Shown piece by piece: positions 59,001-64,000 of a DNA stretch of 64,000 nt (its first letter is position 1; every line of letters starts with the position of its first letter). The translations under genes and the position numbers were made by a program. The stretch is from contig JAPEUI010000011.1 of the NCBI GenBank assembly GCA_026025075.1, positions 1-64,000 of the forward strand. Reading direction: 5' to 3'. The notes below the pieces were generated by a model. That model worked only from the letters and a program-made list of their open reading frames with translations, ran no database searches and was not told where the DNA came from. The stretch comes from Vezdaea acicularis (lineage: Eukaryota).

Positions 59001-60392
59001 TACAAATGGACCACATTGCCGTGGTTATCTCCCAAGAGCTGGACTTCGATATGTTTCGGTCTGTCCAAGAATCGCTCTATGAAAACGGTGCCATTTCCAA
59101 AGGCGGATTTAGCTTCCGATGTAGCTCTTTCGAATGCATCTTGAAGAGTAGCCTGCTCTCGTACAACCCGCATTCCACGGCCTCCACCACCAAATGCGGC
59201 TTTGATGATAATCGGAAACCCGTACTTGTCTGTAAATTCCTTCGCATCTTCAAACTTCTCAACTGGGCCTTCCGTCCCTGGCACTACTGGCACCTTATTC
59301 TTCATAGCCAGATTTCGGGCTGAGACCTTATCACCAAGAGAGTCAATTACTTCAGGTTTTGGCCCGATAAACTGTATGTGTATATGTTAGCTAATTTCAT
59401 TCCACCCTTTCTCATGCAACAATGCTTCTACATACGATAAGGCCAGCCTTTTCTACACTCCTTGCAAACGCTGCATTCTCTGACAAAAATCCATACCCTG
59501 ATCTTGTCAGTATGCTTGCTTTCTGTCTGAAAAGCCTAGACAAAGGCCGCTTACCAGGATGGATCATGTTAACATCGTGTTGCAGAGCGATCTTGATGAT
59601 CTCGTCCCCAGCGAGATACGCTGCTACTGGAGTATACTGCCCCCTTCTCCCAATAACGTAGGCCTCATCGGCTTCTAAATACAATTGCCATGTCAGCATC
59701 CAGCTTCCACTACTTTGATGTAAGGAGGCCTACTTTGCCGATGCATGCTAAGTCTGTCCTCATAACTGTACTTTGGGTCAACTGGTGCACGGGACCATAG
59801 ATCCAGATAGAGCTACCTAAACACTGCTACCGTATGGAGCGATAGCTCATGGGCCTGGCCAAACTGCTGTCAGCACTGACAACAGATATCGAACAGTTAA
59901 ACGAAATAGGATAAGCCAGGCTCCCAGCTTTCCAATTGCAATTTTGATGGGTATCTCAAAATGTAGAGCCGCGAAGACTGACCGTTCTAAAGATCTACAA
60001 AGTTACAGCTTTCATCAGTAATCACAATTTCTGCATCGGATGTCATGGCTCATACTCGGATCGCTGTGGAACCGGTGAGTACTTCCAATGGCTAGAAGCA
60101 GAGGGGCGAGACTCACGGATTTCTCCTCTGTTTGCCACTATATCGTCCCAATGATATAGGTAATTAGCTTTTGTCCTCAATAGAGCTTGCAAGGAGCTCT
60201 CTGGAGCTTTGGCGCATGCCTCCAAAGCTCCAGAGCATTGCCGGCTGATTGCGGTTGAAACACACCCAGGATCTTTTTGTACTGCATGACAGTTGAATTC
60301 GCACGTAATCGATGCACAGTACGTGCCCGAGTGGTCGATTCCGTGGAATCCATCCCCTCCTCGAATACCTCGCTATAAGCGTTGGCCGCCAT
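56009..60392 (-). CDS. PYC1: Pyruvate carboxylase
   Basis: BC domain [37 protein letters not shown]; CT domain DTTWRDAHQSL, IKDMAG, HVHTHD; biotinyl AMKM. Multiple introns. Confidence 0.98.
60199..60235. repeat. Perfect 14-bp inverted repeat inside PYC intron 1
   Basis: CTCTGGAGCTTTGG-cgcatgcct-CCAAAGCTCCAGAG. Confidence 0.75.
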
Positions 60393-61464
60393 GTTGAGAG
60401 CTTCAACAGCCGACCGTCTGACCGCGGGGAACTTCTGATATTACCGATACTGTCCACAGGTGCAGAAGATGGTACCAAAGCTGATTGAAGATATCCCCAG
60501 GTCGAGCTGTGCGAGGAGGAGTTACTCTGTATCAATTGAGTCCGCAAGTGACGCTTTGGGGCAGGTTCGGATGAACAAATATCATCCGCGGGGTGATTGT
60601 TTGTTGCATGGAAGGTGGGGCGGTCTGCAGAAAAGCAAAGAGCTGGGAGCTAACAAAGCTCGCCCAGGTTCGCGACGAGGAGAAGGGGCCCCCCAGCTCA
60701 ATCACCCCACTAAGATATGCACGTACGGATTTTTATTCCCTCGTGCGCAGACACATTTTTGTTCTCCAGTCGAGGGTTGAGCTCAGTCAGATCACTCCGT
60801 CAGATCCTGCGACTGCCATCCCATATGGTGACCCTCCGAGCGTCCGTGCCGTGGCCAGCCGAGATGCTGGTTCACAACTAAGTAGCACAATGCCAGCTAT
60901 TACGGGCTTGGGCATCAGAGTCCGCTCTTAGAAAAAAGCCTGGAATGCGCTGGACAGATTCTTGGTCGAGTGTGAGGGTGCGTCATGGCAACGCAATCCC
61001 TTATCAAAAGCAATTGTTGACCAACGCGATTTACGATGGCGCTAAATTGATAACCCCCAAAGAAGTTTCCAGGTTCATACATAGCGGTGAAATAGACCTC
61101 GCAAAAACGAATAACAAATCACTTCATCTAGCCATGCCGTCTACCTCTCGTTTCGTAGGTCACATGCGGGACAAACTTGGAACATTTGAAATGATTACAG
61201 CCATGTAAATACAGATGGAGAATGTGGTGAATAGGTGCTTGCAACGCTTAAGAGCAATACATATTTTCGCTCCTTCTAGAGCAACTAGAGGTATACAGAG
61301 GGTCCGTCGAGACGAATGATTTCAGGAGTGAACATATCAAAGGAATTTGACAATATGATTTACCATTGGGGAGCACCGTGATGCTACTAATCCCCATTCC
61401 ACCTCGATGCCGCTAATGCTCTGCGATCCCACCGTTACGCCTCCCCCCTTCCTTTCACAATCCA

Positions 61465-64000
61465 TTAATACGTACGGAAGCCGGTAGGTTGCGGGGCTAT
61501 CCCATTCGGTTGCATATAAGGCTGCGGAGATGGTGCACTTGCAGGACCTTGGGTTAGCATGAGACGAGAGCCGCCCAAGATTGGTGTGCTATCTTCATCC
61601 TTCTGCTGTGAGGCCTCGCGTGCCTTGCGTTCTTCATTATCTTTTTGCAGCGTCTGAATGGTTGCGACTTGCTGGCCCATCAAGTTGATCAAAAATGGCT
61701 TGATACAAGGTTAGCCGTCAAACAAGGATCCGGGAAGTTGATTGCTTTATGCTCACCATCGTGAAGTCCGTCAGACCGTGGCGCCAGGATATTTCCATGA
61801 CCACATCAAGCCTAATGAGATCGTAGCAAGCATATAGCATACCAACATAGCACTCGCGGCTGCCAATATCAACAAACTGTAGTTAAAGGTCAGCTTTTTG
61901 TTCCCTTAGAAGAATGGTACAAGACATACGTAGCGTAGAAGGTCTTCTACCACGTCGGTTTTCCCTGAAGTCGCAGCAGTTTCAATAGCATCCTTGAAGA
62001 GTTTATCTTGCTTGGATAAGGCAATTGATTTCTCCCAACGTTTGTTCTTGCGATAGATGCTCGCAGCAATCTGGCGGAAGAAGACAAGCTCATGGCGTTC
62101 CAATCTTTGAGCAAGCTCCATAGCATCATAGTTATCAAAGTTTTCAACGCTGTGCCTTAGTGTCTTATAGTCCTCCTCTTCGATCAGAAGATCGTTAATG
62201 GCGCTGTTGACGCTCCTCTTGTTCTGCGGTTGTACATTGAGAAGGAATGGCTTTATCAAGGGGATGTTATCGGATTTCTCAAAGAGCTTGACTACTCGGT
62301 TAACGTCGATTCTAGGAGTAAGAGCCTGAAGAAGGTCTGTGATGAGTGATGGCTGCTCCTGTAGATAGAAGTTGAGAGCACGATAATAGATTTCCAGATT
62401 AGCAACTTTGACAATGATATCTTTGAATGAGTGGTGTTCCCAGGCATCCGCTGCGCGTTCCATCATAGCTAGCGCAGCGTTATCCCACTCCTCATAGTGG
62501 CAGTAAGAGAACACAAGTTCGGGCCACAGGTGTGCTACTTCGCATGCTCGTACCATCATCGGGATGTTAAGGCGGTTGGCGAAGAGCTTAAGATGTTCCA
62601 TGACGCGCTCAGGATGGTATTTCGACAGCGCGACTCCCAAAGCAGTGAACATGGCCTTGTGAGCTCGTTCCAGTCCCAAGCCAGCTTCAAGAAGCGCAAT
62701 AAGCTCGTCGAAATATCCGTTCCTCTCATACTGCCTTACAAGGTCTTGCAACTCTTCGGCGTGTACGATGAGGTTGAGACCGCAAATTTGAGCTAGTCGG
62801 AACTCTTTCTGCGCGACACAAGCCTCATTGACTTGCTTCCAGACTTTGATACTATTCGCCTTCCGAGCACACTCAACAGCAGCCTGGTACTCCTCGAGGT
62901 GGACCAAGGTAGTTGCAAGCTTGGCCCAATTTGATATGCTAGTAAAGAAGATTTTCGCTGCTTGGTGAAAGCCCTCCTCATATGCTTTATCACCAGAAAC
63001 CTCGATGTCAGCCACATTAGTTGATTGCAAGAAATTCTCAAGTTCGCTGAGTTGGTCTGTACGAGCATAGCAGAAAGCTAAAGCTGTATCTATCGCCGGC
63101 TCGCGCTGGGTCTTTCGTGCCATCTTGAGGAAGCGAATTAAGTCTTCATCTTTGCCGGCATGAGTCGCGCTTTCGATGACCTCGTCATAGTTGCTTGGAT
63201 CCCCGGCCTTGATGTAAGAGTCTATTCCGTCGGTAATACGAAGTCCATCGAGCTGGGCCTTGCCCACTCTGCTCCAAACCTGAGGAAGCTCCACGCGCTC
63301 AGCGTACTCTTGCGCACGATCGATACTAACGATATGCTCAATGAGAGTATTTGCAGCTTCGGCATGAGAGTCAATCTTCTTATATACCTCGAATGCCTCC
63401 TCAAATAATCCAACTTCTATGCAAATATTGGCAATATCTGGTGCATTATAATTTGACAGCCTGTGGATATAGTCCATGACACGTCCTTTATCAGATTTGG
63501 TTGCTGTGAGAATGAGGAGATTTTGGAGATTCTCATTTTCGCTAAAGAGAGAAGGCTCCAAGACGATCTTCTCGAGTAATTCAATGAGTTCCGAAGGCAA
63601 ATCAGCGGCGAGAAAGGATGCTACAGCTATAGAGACCTTATCTGGATCAGTAGATTCAGGTACGGCTGTCGAAATTACTTGGTCGACCAAAGAACGGCGG
63701 TGATCATTGTTGGGGCTGAGGACGAAAGCCCAAAGCTCGCGGTCTGCTCTCTCTAAGAGATATCGAGCTTGGTCCCTGTACATGGCATTCTCATTGGTAA
63801 TATTGACAAGCTCGAGATCATTTTGACCTTTCCGATAACAGATAAAGGCAAGGTTAGGGTCCCGCTTTTCACAGTACTTTCCAACGATCAAAGAGTCATA
63901 CTGATCGTTCTCTTTAAGGAATCTCTCCGGATCGTTATTGCTATCGATGTATATTTTCGCAAGAGCATTGTAGACGGCTTGTTGTTGGTTGCCGCTTGCA
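61465..64000 (-). CDS. CHC1: Clathrin heavy chain, 3' portion
   Basis: VGKYCEKRDP, NLQNLLILTA, AQICGLNLIVHAEEL, LGLERAH, HELVFFRQIAA, trimerisation region and QPTGF tail. Two 3' introns. Confidence 0.97.

Noticed and set aside
50416..60392. MPC1 and PYC as a pyruvate gene cluster
   Set aside because: Separated by four unrelated genes; proximity alone is not evidence.
1..64000. Transposon, RIP-degraded repeat or secondary-metabolite cluster
   Set aside because: No transposase, RT, LTR/TIR pair, long AT-rich block, or PKS/NRPS seen.

Overview
Gene-dense, intron-containing DNA from a filamentous ascomycete (Pezizomycotina). A lichen-forming or Lecanoromycete-like fungus is a weak guess from one secreted-protein motif. 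I read 23 protein-coding loci, mostly housekeeping: DOA4-like DUB (5' part), VPS27, HBS1/SKI7, KAR2/BiP, a GPI wall protein, a Cys-rich secreted protein, an IZH/PAQR protein, THOC5-like, dienelactone hydrolase, ATG5, a SAM-PH protein, the Pro1/NosA/RosA-type Zn2Cys6 factor, UTP13, a WW+PhoD-like protein, MPC1, SmB, RPL11, two small CON-8-like proteins, pyruvate carboxylase, clathrin heavy chain (3' part), and several unknowns. I found no CRISPR array, rRNA or intact transposon. Highlights: (1) a fixed-spacing non-coding motif, ACGCARAA-N10-CAYGTG, found five times. Three copies sit in tandem at about 138 bp periodicity with a perfect hairpin+T5 and a decayed tRNA, and all copies lie near strand-skew switches. 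(2) A frame-symmetric 729-nt Ski7-like cassette exon in HBS1. (3) A tandem pair of microproteins sharing a GFIxxMWxN tail. (4) A micro-exon run and an intronic hairpin in PYC. All exon boundaries and composition statements were read by eye; nothing was computed or searched.
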